Assembly: GCA_965219095.1 (NCBI GenBank)
Contig: CBDCMT010000001.1
Location: 1,248,001 to 1,312,000, forward strand
Length of the DNA: 64,000 nucleotides
Direction: 5' to 3'
From: Bdellovibrionales bacterium
GTDB taxonomy: Bacteria; Bdellovibrionota; Bdellovibrionia; Bdellovibrionales; UBA1609
The position numbers and the translations under genes were made by a program. Positions 44,346 through 54,827 of this stretch are shown here, piece by piece; the first letter of the stretch is position 1; each line of letters opens with the position of its first letter. The notes beneath the pieces were generated by a model. That model ran no database searches, had not been told where the DNA came from, and saw only the letters and a list, made by a program, of their open reading frames with translations.

Positions 44346-44589
44346 TATACTGGCAACACTTCAAAAATAGTGAGAAAAAATGGATAACCAGATTTTTTAA
44401 AGCTGAAACTTTTAATGCCTTAATGAATCATCTGTAAGAAACGAAAGGCTTTTCATAAGTATTTCTATTTTCGAGGATAACCCGTCCCTAAAATTCTCAT
44501 AAATTTCATTTAGCGGGATTTCCTTTCTCATAAATCTTTTAAAAATCTTTCTAACACATACAGAAAATATTATTATTATGCTTTATTTA

Positions 44590-46281
44590 CCTAAATTCGG
44601 TGTTAAAAATATACACTACAGTTGTCATTTTACAAGGTGTTTATCCACGGCTTTGAGTATTTTTTCTTGAGATTTACTCAATGTGACTATTTTAGAGAAC
44701 ATATGGCGTTTTTTCTTGTCCTCCATATAAACTTTGTACACACTTCCCAATTCTTTTAGTGCTTCTTCAGGAGATATCTTAAGATTGTTTAAACTTAACT
44801 TTAGAACGGACAGCAAAAGATAGGATAAATAACATATAAAAACATGAGCGATAACTCGGTTATACAACCAATGTCGAATCGGACGCAGATGAGTGATTCC
44901 TTTTAAAGTCTTAAATGCTTTTTCTATAATATCTTTGTCAAAATATAATTTTAACATGTCTCTGTCAGGGATATTTTTTGTAGAAAATAAACAAAAATAG
45001 CCGTCAAATTCTTCTGCCTTTTCTAATTCTTGTTTTCTAATTCTTCCTTGAGACGTCAAGTATTTTTCTAAGCCCGTCTTTATAGGCTTTCCTTGAAGAA
45101 TTTGGTTTTGAGCATGTTCTATCTCATGGTGACGGGATTCTTTTATCTCTACTTTTCTGCGCTCATTGAAACAAATAGCCAACTTCCCTTTTATCTTACC
45201 TAGCTTATAAGGAAAGCTCTTGATATAAAAAGTGTTTTTACCAAGCCTTGCCATGTTAGAAACATGACTTATAGGTTTTGTCTTTAGGGCTTTTCTAAGC
45301 ACTTTTTTTTCTCGATCTTTTAAAGGAAGACCACATAAGCTATTCCACCCCAAGCCTTTTATCCCCTCTATATTCTGTCGAGATGTTACCCCTCTGTCTG
45401 ATACAAAAACACCTGAGCGAAGATTATAGCTAGAAAAACTTTTAATAAGAGAAAATAGAGCCTTACTGTCATGTATGTTTCCATTGAAGGTTTTATGAAA
45501 AACGGGGATGCCTTCCTTTTGAGTTCTTGCAAGGCCTATTTGAATAAGAGGCTTTGATTTCCCATCCTTGCTTTTTCCAAGCTTAGCAAGCTGGCATTTT
45601 GTCCCATACAAATAAGTATTGGTCACATCATAAACGATTCCCTTTGTGGACAGATCATATATATTTTTTACGATATTAAAAATATCTCTTTGATGTCGCT
45701 CTATTCTTTCTTCAGTTAAAGAGTCTAAAGCTGACAATAGACGTTCTTCTGTTAAACCTTCTAAATCCAAAATAGTATTTAAGTCCGTTCTGGAAAACCA
45801 GTCTGGCATATTATTAACACTTTTGTAATTTAAGCAATGTGCATAAACCATGCTTAATATCTCATTTGAATAATTTTCCAATATGTCCGGGAGTTTGATT
45901 TTTTTTGATATTTTGTCTAGGACGATAAGGGGGCCATGAATTTTAACTTCAGAGATTTGAATGTCCTCTGAACTTAGTGAAATCACTTTTTTACCGTTCA
46001 CTTCTTTTCCGATATAGCGAATATGCTTTTGCACAACCTTGCCCTTAATTCTTTTACTTTCTACCTCAGCCAGATAAGTTTTATTGCCTTTTTTTATTTT
46101 TCTTATGAAGCTCATATCCCCTCCTATAGTGTATAATATATACACTACTACAGATAGTAGTCAATGGCAAACCCCTTTCTTTTTCAAGAAATCTTGTCTT
46201 TTCTCAGAGGCAAAAAGACCGTTTTAAGATGTTTTAAATGTTAGGATGTTTGTAGTGGATATTTTTTGCCCCGAATTTAGG
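44590..46281 (-). mobile_element. IS1634-family element (paralogous type; tnp 44625..46115); 7-bp TSD TTATTTA
   Basis: CCTAAATTCGG inverted repeats; TTATTTA at 44583 and 46282; intact ORF. Confidence 0.95.
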
Positions 46282-46320
46282 TTATTTAGATTTTCCTATT
46301 TTTTTAACGATATGTGTCAG

Positions 46321-46411
46321 TGGCGGAGAGAGCGAGATTCGAACTCGCGGTACGAGAAAATCGTACGACAGCTTAGCAAGCTGCTGGTTTAAGCCACTCA
46401 CCCACCTCTCC
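46321..46411 (-). tRNA. tRNA-Ser(GCT)
   Basis: GGAGAGG acceptor stem, anticodon loop TTGCTAA, long variable arm, GTTCGAATC, encoded CCA. Confidence 0.96.
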
Positions 46412-46604
46412 CTTAAACTACTAAAGAATAAATTTGCATAATAAAGGACCATAAGCAATATATCTTCAAAAAGAGGACATGCGTTAATCTCTGGAGAAAA
46501 TCCTATTCTTTTAATATCTTTTCATTGATAGATGCCATTTTGCATTCATTTCTGATAGTCTTGCTATGTTGGAAGTTATTTTAAAACTCACATAGAATTA
46601 TCAA

Positions 46605-46682
46605 GTACCCGTAGCTCAGCTTGGATAGAGTACCTGACTACGAATCAGGTGGTCGGAGGTTCAAATCCTTCCGGGTACGCCA
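46605..46682 (+). tRNA. tRNA-Arg(ACG)
   Basis: GTACCCG acceptor stem, CCTGA-CTACGAA-TCAGG anticodon arm, GTTCAAATC, encoded CCA. Confidence 0.96.
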
Positions 46683-46686
46683 ACTA

Positions 46687-46754
46687 CACTGATCATGTTT
46701 CAAAAATCAATTTTTTAGCTAAATAAAAAAAAGATTTTTGAAGTGTGACCAGTA
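46687..46754. mobile_element. 68-bp TA-flanked MITE just downstream of tRNA-Arg
   Basis: Imperfect terminal inverted repeats. One end (TACTGGTCACACTTCAAAAAT, - strand) recurs at 34926 and 44348. Confidence 0.7.
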
Positions 46755-46774
46755 TACACCATCTTGTAATCTTT

Positions 46775-47950
46775 TTATTTACAAGCATGGTAAAAATCTA
46801 AAAACTTAGGAAAACTTTTAGAAACCACATTTTTATTAATGATGTTAACAGGATAACCTGCTCTATGAGCCACCATCATAGCCATAGCCAATCTATGGTC
46901 TTGATCACAATCAAATTCAAAACTTTCTAATTCATGAAGAGAGATTTTTGCGACTTTAAGAATCCTCATTCCGTCATCTCTTTTTTCAAAAGGTCTTTTA
47001 ATTTTCATGAAAAACTCACAATTTTTTTCAATGCGATTGGATTCTTTATATTTTAAATGGGGGGCTCCATAAAGCAAGCTCTCTTCTAAAGATAAAGAAC
47101 ATAAAACTGCTAAAACAGGAAACAAATCAGGAGTGTCTGAAAGATTCCAAGAAGTACCTTTTAAATTTTCTTGATAGGAAAACTCCAAGCTCCCATGCTG
47201 AAACTTGAGATCTACTCCCATATCATTTAATACTAAAGGAAAAATAGAATCAGGTTGAAAGCTTTTCTCAGGAAAAGGCTTTAAATGCACTTTTGCTCCT
47301 GGTGTGACTAAAGCTAGAGAAGCTAAAGCAAAGGCAGAGCTCATGTCTTTTTCGACTTCGTAGTTTAAAAGAGAGGGTTTTTGGTGTTTTAAAATAACAA
47401 GTTCATTTCCATGTATTTGGATTTTCATTCCTAAATGTTTTAAAAATTTTAATGTCATGTTGAAATACGATTGACTCATAACAGGTCTTTGAAACGATAC
47501 GAAAAGATCAAAAGGTAAACCCCAACTACTTAACAAAAGTGCTGATAAGAACTGACTCGATTGCTGTGTTCTTACAGAAAGGGAATCTCCCTGGACCTTC
47601 CAACCTTTGCTTACAATGTGCAAACGATTTTCTGATAAACTTACATGACTTCCTAACTGCCTTAATATATGTATTAAATCATCTTGAGATCTTTCAAAAA
47701 GCCTTCTTTCTCCTAAAAGTTCAAAAACCCCTGCTTCACGAGACACTCTTAGAGCCATAAAACGTAAAACAGTACCTGCACAACCACAATTGATAGAAGA
47801 GAAATCTGTTATTGCTTTTTTCATAAAAACAACATCATCAGCTTGAGAATTGTATTTTATCTCAAATTTAGGAAAAAAACTTTTCACTACAAGAGCTCTG
47901 TTAACAAGAGACTTAGATGAAGGGGGCATTCCTATAAAAGAAAAACTCAT
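46775..47950 (-). CDS. aroA: EPSP synthase (3-phosphoshikimate 1-carboxyvinyltransferase)
   Basis: Motifs SKSLVNR, AGTVLRF, SSQFLSALL, KESNR, DHRLAM, KSFP. Confidence 0.92.
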   Translation of the reverse strand: MSFSFIGMPPSSKSLVNRALVVKSFFPKFEIKYNSQADDVVFMKKAITDFSSINCGCAGTVLRFMALRVSREAGVFELLGERRLFERSQDDLIHILRQLGSHVSLSENRLHIVSKGWKVQGDSLSVRTQQSSQFLSALLLSSWGLPFDLFVSFQRPVMSQSYFNMTLKFLKHLGMKIQIHGNELVILKHQKPSLLNYEVEKDMSSAFALASLALVTPGAKVHLKPFPEKSFQPDSIFPLVLNDMGVDLKFQHGSLEFSYQENLKGTSWNLSDTPDLFPVLAVLCSLSLEESLLYGAPHLKYKESNRIEKNCEFFMKIKRPFEKRDDGMRILKVAKISLHELESFEFDCDQDHRLAMAMMVAHRAGYPVNIINKNVVSKSFPKFLDFYHACK

Positions 47951-48981
47951 ATCACAAAACCTTGTCTCTTGGCTTCTAAAAACAAATCTTCGAAAGTTAC
48001 CCTTTTTTTAAAAGGCTTTCCTATCCCTTTTAGAAAGATAAAGTCAATGGTTTTAGAAATTGCTTTTTTGTCACAAGATATGTAATTTATAAATTTTCTT
48101 CTACTTATTTTTCTTTTAAAATATTTTTTTTCTAAGCCCATTGTTTTAAGAATAAAAATCATCTTTTCGTATTCTTTCACGTTTAAAAGTTTTTCGTGTA
48201 GGCTATAAGATAAAGAAAAATAAAGTCCACAAGCTACGGACTCTCCATGAGATATTCTGTAATGAAGTTCAAGAACGTGGCCTAAAGTGTGCCCTAAGTT
48301 GAAGACTTTTCTTAAGCCTTTTTTTTCAAAGGGATCTTTTTTTACAACATCTAATTTAACTTTTATAGCACAAGAAAGTAAGCTTGGAAAAAGGGAAGTT
48401 TTTTGATTCTGAAACTTTAAAAAAAGTTCTTTATTTAAAAAAATCATTTTTGCCAACTCTCCTAAGGCTTCTTTTTTTCGTATCTTTGGTTGAGATTCTA
48501 AGATTTCTTTCACAAGATAAACACATTGAGCAGGGTAAAAGCTTCCCAACTGGTTTTTAAAACTTCCTATGTTCAATGCTGTTTTTCCTCCATGAGAAGA
48601 ATCTAAGGCAGAAAGCCAAGTAGAAGGGAGTAAAACTAAAGGCACACCTCTATGCAAAACAGAAGCTAAAAATCCTGAGAAATCTCCCACACTTCCTCCC
48701 CCTAAAGCTAAAAGAGCATAGGGAGAAGAGTGGAGTGATAACTTTTGAAAGAGAGTTTTTGTTTTCTGACTAAAAGATTCTAGGCTCTTAAGTTTTTCAC
48801 CTCCTTGAACAGGGAATTTAAGATGGTAATTTTGTGAAAACCTTTTAAGTTTCCTATCATAAATAAGAAGACAGGTATGATGTTCTAACTTGAGATCTTT
48901 TTTTATTGTTTCAAGGCTTGGAACTTTATTTGTTTCTATGATCATTTTACAATTTAGGGAGCTTCCAGCAAATGGGATCAA
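47947..48981 (-). CDS. aroB: 3-dehydroquinate synthase
   Basis: Motifs GGGSVGD, DSSHGGKT, KNQLG, NLGHTLGH, HGE. Confidence 0.92.
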   Translation of the reverse strand: MIPFAGSSLNCKMIIETNKVPSLETIKKDLKLEHHTCLLIYDRKLKRFSQNYHLKFPVQGGEKLKSLESFSQKTKTLFQKLSLHSSPYALLALGGGSVGDFSGFLASVLHRGVPLVLLPSTWLSALDSSHGGKTALNIGSFKNQLGSFYPAQCVYLVKEILESQPKIRKKEALGELAKMIFLNKELFLKFQNQKTSLFPSLLSCAIKVKLDVVKKDPFEKKGLRKVFNLGHTLGHVLELHYRISHGESVACGLYFSLSYSLHEKLLNVKEYEKMIFILKTMGLEKKYFKRKISRRKFINYISCDKKAISKTIDFIFLKGIGKPFKKRVTFEDLFLEAKRQGFVI

Positions 48982-49627
48982 ACCCTTTTGACTCTAAATA
49001 TTGATTAGTCTTTATAAAGTGATTGCAACCTAAAAACCCTCTATGAGAGGAAAAAGGAGAGGGATGAGCTGCTTTTAAAACAAGATGGTTTTTTTTGTTA
49101 ATATAGGCTCCTTTTTTCTGAGCGTAGGAACCCCATAATAAGAAGACAAGGTTTTCTTTTTTTTTATTTAAAACCTCGACAATCTTATCAGTGAAAATTT
49201 CCCAACCCTTGCCTTGATGAGAGCCAGGCTTATAAGCTTCTACAGTTAAAGTGGCATTCAATAGCAAAACCCCTTGGTCAGCCCAAGGCAACAAACATCC
49301 ATGAGAGGTCTGTTGCACTCCTAATTCATTTTCAATTTCTTTAAAAATATTTTTTAAAGAGGGGGGGATTGCCATTTGAGGTCTCACTGAGAAGCAAAAT
49401 CCATGAGCTTGACCTTTATTATAGTAAGGATCTTGACCTAAAATCACAACTCTCACTTTCTCCCAAGATGTTTGAGAAAGTGCTGCAAAATACTCTGAAG
49501 TATGGGGAAAGATGGTTTTCCCCATCTTTAATTCACTTTTAAGAAAAGACTTAAGCTTGAGCATGTAGTCTTTTTTGAATTCAGGGTTTAAAAGTTCTCC
49601 CCATTGGGAATGAGAATTAAAAGACAT
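48947..49627 (-). CDS. ung: Uracil-DNA glycosylase
   Basis: Motifs GQDPY, PPSL, GVLLLN, HPSP. Confidence 0.96.
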   Translation of the reverse strand: MSFNSHSQWGELLNPEFKKDYMLKLKSFLKSELKMGKTIFPHTSEYFAALSQTSWEKVRVVILGQDPYYNKGQAHGFCFSVRPQMAIPPSLKNIFKEIENELGVQQTSHGCLLPWADQGVLLLNATLTVEAYKPGSHQGKGWEIFTDKIVEVLNKKKENLVFLLWGSYAQKKGAYINKKNHLVLKAAHPSPFSSHRGFLGCNHFIKTNQYLESKGFDPICWKLPKL

Positions 49628-51138
49628 CAGCTATGTTTTCTAATCTCACCTGATGCAAGTTTTTGCTTATAATCTAAAAGAGCATTTTTAATTTTATTTC
49701 TTAAAATATAAAGTCCTAATATATTAGGAATCCCCATACTCAACATCATAAGATCACTAAATTCCAAAATATTTTTCGAAGTTGTAATGGCCCCAAGAAA
49801 AATACAAGTTAGTAAGATGATTTGGTAGACTTTAACATATTTTTCTGAAAAGACATACGAAAAACAACGTTCCCCATAGTAAGACCATGAAATAATGGTT
49901 GAGTAAGCAAACAACACTACAGCAATGGCTAAAATAAAAGGAAACCAACTTACTTGTGAACCAAGAGCTAGGGCTGTAAGTGTTGCTCCTTCTTGGTTTT
50001 GAACAATGTGAGCGTATTCAGGATTATTGTAAGTTCCTGTGATCACAATCACTAAAGCAGTCATTGTACAGATCACAATAGTGTCAATAAAGGGCTCAAG
50101 AAGAGCTACAAGCCCTTCTTGAATAGGATGTTCTGTTTTCGCTGCTGAGTGGGCAATGGTCGCAGACCCAAGGCCTGCTTCATTAGAAAAGGCCGCTCGT
50201 TTAAAACCTAAAATAAGAACTCCTATAGCTCCCCCGTACATAGCATCAGGACGAAAAGCTTTTGATACAATAGTCACAAAAGCTTCAGGAATTAAATTCA
50301 CATTCATGATAAGCACATAAAGGCAAGCTATAACATAGAGAGTACACATAAAGGGTACAATATGACTTGCTGTAGTTGCAATACGAGTCACCCCTCCTAT
50401 GATAACAATAGCAACTAAAATTGTTAAAATAGCACCATAAATCCAGGGAGAATCTCCTATAATAGGAACAATGTTTTTAACAACATTAAGGGATTGATTT
50501 ACTTGAAAAGCAGCTCCCCCTCCTAAAGAACCTGCCATACAGGAAAAAGCAAAAACTATGGAAAGAACTTTTCCTAAAGATTTTAAATTCATTTCAGAAA
50601 GCCCTTTATGAAGATAAAGCATAGGTCCTCCCATAATATGGCCATCATGACGTACTTCTCTATACATTTGTCCTAAGGTGCATTCTGCAAATTTAAAAGT
50701 CATTCCTAAAAGACCTGCCAAAATTATCCAAAACGTAGCACCCGGCCCTCCTAAGCCCACAGCCACAGCTACACCAGCGATGTTACCCAAGCCTACTGTA
50801 GCACTCAGAGCTGTTGTCAAAGCCTGAAAGTGGTTGATCTCCCCTTTGTCTTCAGATCTATCATACTTACCTAATGTCAATAAAATAGCATGTCTAAAAG
50901 CTCTAAAATTAATAAATTTCATTTTAAAAGTAAAGTAAATGGCTCCTACAACAAGCCAAGCCACTGTGAAAGGGATACCCCCTTGCACCAAGCCAAACGA
51001 AAGATCAAAAAATAGAACAGTAGCAATGGCACTGTTTAAATTTCCAAAAAACTCATTAACAGAATCGTTTGCCGTTTCATTGGCAAAAAGTAATATGTGC
51101 ATAAAGAACATATTAAAAAAGATTGTTATTTGTTTCAT
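49627..51138 (-). CDS. Alanine/glycine:cation symporter (AGCS family)
   Basis: Motifs ATVGLGNIAGVA..GGPGA.FW, FSNEAGLGS, EPFIDT. Confidence 0.93.
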   Translation of the reverse strand: MKQITIFFNMFFMHILLFANETANDSVNEFFGNLNSAIATVLFFDLSFGLVQGGIPFTVAWLVVGAIYFTFKMKFINFRAFRHAILLTLGKYDRSEDKGEINHFQALTTALSATVGLGNIAGVAVAVGLGGPGATFWIILAGLLGMTFKFAECTLGQMYREVRHDGHIMGGPMLYLHKGLSEMNLKSLGKVLSIVFAFSCMAGSLGGGAAFQVNQSLNVVKNIVPIIGDSPWIYGAILTILVAIVIIGGVTRIATTASHIVPFMCTLYVIACLYVLIMNVNLIPEAFVTIVSKAFRPDAMYGGAIGVLILGFKRAAFSNEAGLGSATIAHSAAKTEHPIQEGLVALLEPFIDTIVICTMTALVIVITGTYNNPEYAHIVQNQEGATLTALALGSQVSWFPFILAIAVVLFAYSTIISWSYYGERCFSYVFSEKYVKVYQIILLTCIFLGAITTSKNILEFSDLMMLSMGIPNILGLYILRNKIKNALLDYKQKLASGEIRKHS

Positions 51139-51192
51139 AGGTATTTCCCCTTAGTTTTTGTTTAAAAAGGTTTTTTTCATCATTTAAAATCC

Positions 51193-52935
51193 TTAAGCAT
51201 GAATTCCTTTTGGAATAGCCTCTAACAAATTTTTTGTGTACTCTTTTACAGGGTTTTCGTAAATCTTTTGAGATTCACCTTGTTCCACAATCTCTCCTTC
51301 CTGCATAACAAGCAGTTCATCAGAAAAAAACTTCACAACAGACAAGTCATGAGATATAAAAATATAAGTTAAGCCCAGATCTCTTTGTAAATCAAATAAA
51401 AGGTTTAAAATCTGAGCCTGTGTTGAGACATCAAGAGCTGATACAGACTCATCACAAACGATAAAATCAGGTTGAACAGACAAAGCTCTTGCTATACAGA
51501 TTCTTTGCCTTTGTCCTCCTGAAAACTCATGGGGATAGCGGTTTAGCATTTTATGAGAAAGACCTACTTTTTCCATCAAATCCTCCGCACTCTTCTTGTC
51601 TTCAAGATGTGATTTATTGAGTTTATGAATTTGCATAGGCTCTGTAAGAGATGCGCCGATAGTCATAGAAGGGTTTAAAGAAGCATAAGGATCTTGGAAA
51701 ATAATTTGCATTTTTCGTCTTATTTTTCTTAAATGAGACCGATTCAAAGCTAAAATATTTTTATCCTCGTAAAGGATCTGACCTGCAGATGGTTCAACAA
51801 GACGTAAAATACAACGTCCTAAAGTTGTTTTACCACAACCACTTTCGCCTACAATTCCTAAAGTCTTTCCTTTGTGAACTTTCAAGCTTACATTTTTCAC
51901 AGCATGAACATAAGATAAAGGCCTTCCTAAGAAATTCCTTTTTAAAACAAAGGACTTAGAAAGTCCTTTTACCTTTAAAAGAACAGGAACTTTATCTAAA
52001 GAACGGGGAACTTTTTTTCTAAAAAGTTTTTCTGTATCTACTTCAATAGAATTTCCATGCTCGTCCATAAAATCACTGACGACAGGAAGTCTTTCGTAAT
52101 TTGTTTCTAAAGTAGGTCGACAAGCTAAAAGCCCTTTTGTATAGGGGTGTTCAGGAAAAAGAAAAATTTCACGGGTTGACTTTCTTTCCACAACCTCTCC
52201 TTCTTTCATAACAACGACCTCATCAGCAATTTCAGCTACGACACCTAAATCATGAGTGATAAAAAGAACACTCATACCATTTTCTTCTTGAAGCTTTTTG
52301 ATAAGTTCCAAGATTCTTCTTTGCACTGTAACATCTAAGGCTGTGGTAGGCTCATCAGCAATTAAAAGTTTAGGAGAACAGGAAATAGCCATAGCAATCA
52401 TAACTCTTTGTCTTTGACCTCCACTTAATTCATGAGGATAGGAAGAAATACGTGTTTCTGGATTGCGAATTCCTACCTCTTTTAACAGCTCTATAGAGCG
52501 ATCAAAGGCTTCTTTTTTAGAAAACCCTTTGTGTAAGACAAGACTTTCACCAATCTGATTTCCAATTGTAAAAACGGGATTTAAGCTCGTCATAGGTTCT
52601 TGAAAGATCATAGAAATCTGATTGCCCCTTATGGACTGAATACTGGGCAAGTTCAAACTCAAAAGATTTTTTTCTTCAAAGAAAATTTTACCTCTTGTGA
52701 TTTTTCCTGGAGGCTGGGCCACAAGCCTCATAAGAGATAAAGCTGTCACACTTTTGCCCGAGCCTGACTCACCGACAAGGCCTAGTATCTTTCCCTCAGG
52801 GATGTTTAGAGATACATTTTTTAAAGCCTCGATCCTTCTTTCATCCGTTTGGAACTCTAAACATAAGTTTCTAATTTTGACTAATGAGGACATATCCTTA
52901 CTTTCTTTTAAACTCTTTTTTACAAATAGAGTCAA
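51193..52935 (-). CDS. Peptide ABC transporter ATP-binding protein, duplicated ATPase domains
   Basis: Two GESG(S/C)GK Walker A motifs and two YPHE(L/F)SGGQRQR motifs. Likely start at 52893. Confidence 0.93.
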   Translation of the reverse strand: MTLFVKKSLKESKDMSSLVKIRNLCLEFQTDERRIEALKNVSLNIPEGKILGLVGESGSGKSVTALSLMRLVAQPPGKITRGKIFFEEKNLLSLNLPSIQSIRGNQISMIFQEPMTSLNPVFTIGNQIGESLVLHKGFSKKEAFDRSIELLKEVGIRNPETRISSYPHELSGGQRQRVMIAMAISCSPKLLIADEPTTALDVTVQRRILELIKKLQEENGMSVLFITHDLGVVAEIADEVVVMKEGEVVERKSTREIFLFPEHPYTKGLLACRPTLETNYERLPVVSDFMDEHGNSIEVDTEKLFRKKVPRSLDKVPVLLKVKGLSKSFVLKRNFLGRPLSYVHAVKNVSLKVHKGKTLGIVGESGCGKTTLGRCILRLVEPSAGQILYEDKNILALNRSHLRKIRRKMQIIFQDPYASLNPSMTIGASLTEPMQIHKLNKSHLEDKKSAEDLMEKVGLSHKMLNRYPHEFSGGQRQRICIARALSVQPDFIVCDESVSALDVSTQAQILNLLFDLQRDLGLTYIFISHDLSVVKFFSDELLVMQEGEIVEQGESQKIYENPVKEYTKNLLEAIPKGIHA

Positions 52936-53003
52936 TATCTTAGTAGTATGTGCGTCGCAGTATTTATTGCTAGAAAAAAGGATCTATAAAAAAATATCTC
53001 CAT

Positions 53004-53648
53004 ATGCCTTTAGAAAGAATAGAAGATTTAAAAAAAATATATATTGAAAAACACTTTGCTTCTCAAACACCTCTTCATCAGAAAATTCTTAAAAAATTAC
53101 ACATAGATCACAAAGAGGGTATTAACATAAGCTCCACTGAAGGGCATATGTTAGCTTTTTTCGTCAAAACTTTCCAAGTAAAGAGAATTTTAGAGATCGG
53201 TACTCTTTATGGTTATTCTGCTTTATGGATGGCTCAAGCCCTTCCTCCTAAAGGTTCTCTTATTACCTTAGAATCCGATCCCCATAACGCCCAAAAAGCA
53301 CGTCTTCTTTTAGCCTCTGAAAAAAGAGTTCAAATCATAGAAGGTGATGCTAAGGAAACTTTAAAACAACTTACAGGGTTTTTTGACCTTATTTTTATTG
53401 ATGCCAACAAATCTGACTATAAGCACTACCTTGATTGGGCCGAAAAACACACTCAAAAAGGAGGCCTCATTATTGGAGATAACACTTTTCTTTTTGGAGC
53501 TATGTATGATGATAAAGAAGCTCAAAAAGCAAATAAGAAGGCATTTTGTTCTATGAAGAAGTTTAATGAAAGGCTGGCTAAAAAAAACATGTATGAAAGT
53601 ATGTTAATTCCTACTCAACAAGGCCTGACTGTAGCAAGAAAAAAATAA
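53004..53648 (+). CDS. SAM-dependent O-methyltransferase (caffeoyl-CoA type)
   Basis: Motifs LEIGTLYGYS, FIDANK, GDN. Confidence 0.9.
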   Translation: MPLERIEDLKKIYIEKHFASQTPLHQKILKKLHIDHKEGINISSTEGHMLAFFVKTFQVKRILEIGTLYGYSALWMAQALPPKGSLITLESDPHNAQKARLLLASEKRVQIIEGDAKETLKQLTGFFDLIFIDANKSDYKHYLDWAEKHTQKGGLIIGDNTFLFGAMYDDKEAQKANKKAFCSMKKFNERLAKKNMYESMLIPTQQGLTVARKK

Positions 53649-53662
53649 ATTTAAAAAGAGTT

Positions 53663-54385
53663 TCAATTCGAAATCAACCAATTCCTGTCTTGAGCCAATT
53701 CTTTGAGTTTTATTTCACTGTCATAAAGAACTTTCTTACTTTGAGGGCAAGATCTGTTCATAGCCACTTTCACATGACTTGCTACTTCTAGAAGAGCTAA
53801 ATCGCCCATAGTATTTCCAGCACATAAAAAAGGATTCTTATTTTGAGTGTGAGCTAAAAGACTGTCTCTTTTTCCTTCTTCCCAAGTTAAGTGTCCCTCT
53901 ACTTCCGACATGATGGTATCTCCTTGAAGTTTGGTCTTAATGCCTAAAACATGGTCTTTAGGAATGTTGTAATAAAGATGGGCTTTTTCTTCCGAAATCC
54001 ATTTCAAAGAACCTGTGACAACAAAGATTTCAACTTTCTCATCTTGTAAAAAACGGATTAGTTTTTCTGAAAGATCAATTTTGTCAGACTGATTTTTACA
54101 GATAACTTCATGGCAATCACTTTTCAGTTTCTTATAGGACTGACCTTCTAAGCTCTGAGCCAACCAAACTAAAGATTCCTTATAACATTTTTTTTGAATC
54201 TCATAAAATGTGTCCCAAAAACCTTCTCTTTCTCCATAATAACGTTTAAAAAAAGCATGGCTGATGTCATCATGCCACAAAGTTCCGTCAGCATCAAAAG
54301 CAGCTATAGGATGAACTCCCTTATCAAGAGCCTCTAAACTGGCTTTCTTAATGATTTCAAAAATTTTGTTTCTATCCATAAACAC
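53663..54385 (-). CDS. HAD-family hydrolase
   Basis: Motifs AFDADGTLW and GNTMGD. Confidence 0.85.
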   Translation of the reverse strand: MFMDRNKIFEIIKKASLEALDKGVHPIAAFDADGTLWHDDISHAFFKRYYGEREGFWDTFYEIQKKCYKESLVWLAQSLEGQSYKKLKSDCHEVICKNQSDKIDLSEKLIRFLQDEKVEIFVVTGSLKWISEEKAHLYYNIPKDHVLGIKTKLQGDTIMSEVEGHLTWEEGKRDSLLAHTQNKNPFLCAGNTMGDLALLEVASHVKVAMNRSCPQSKKVLYDSEIKLKELAQDRNWLISN

Positions 54386-54827
54386 CTTTTATAAGGAAAG
54401 TTTTCTTATCCTCTTTTTATAGGTTTATAATAAATAAATTTTCCTCTAATAGCAAATTAACCTCGAAAAAACCTTTATCTTGATGTCTTATAAAATAGTT
54501 AAGCCTATAGTCTATAAAATTTTCAAAAGTTTAGAACTAAAATCCATCAAGATGACTTCTAGATCAGGTAGATTGGCTAAGATCTATCATTAAAAAAAGG
54601 ACACAACATAACGATTCTTTAAAGAAAAGTACTAAGAAACTTCTCTTTAAGGAGTTTCATAACAGCAGGAAATCTTTTTCAAGTTTCAGTTGATGGTTTC
54701 CAAACTACAATTGAGTAAGATGAACTCGAACCATAGCATCACTTTTGAAGTATACATACAATGATTGTATTTTAATTTTAACGAAACACCATAGTTTTAA
54801 CGAAATACACTCCTCCATATGAGTATA

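Noticed and set aside
46321..46682. tRNAs as integration sites with duplicated 3' ends
   Set aside because: I saw no second copy of either tRNA 3' end in the window.
44348..46754. Composite transposon carrying IS1634 and two tRNAs between TACTGG ends
   Set aside because: The 46754 end pairs better with 46687 as a 68-bp MITE, and IS1634 has its own TSD.
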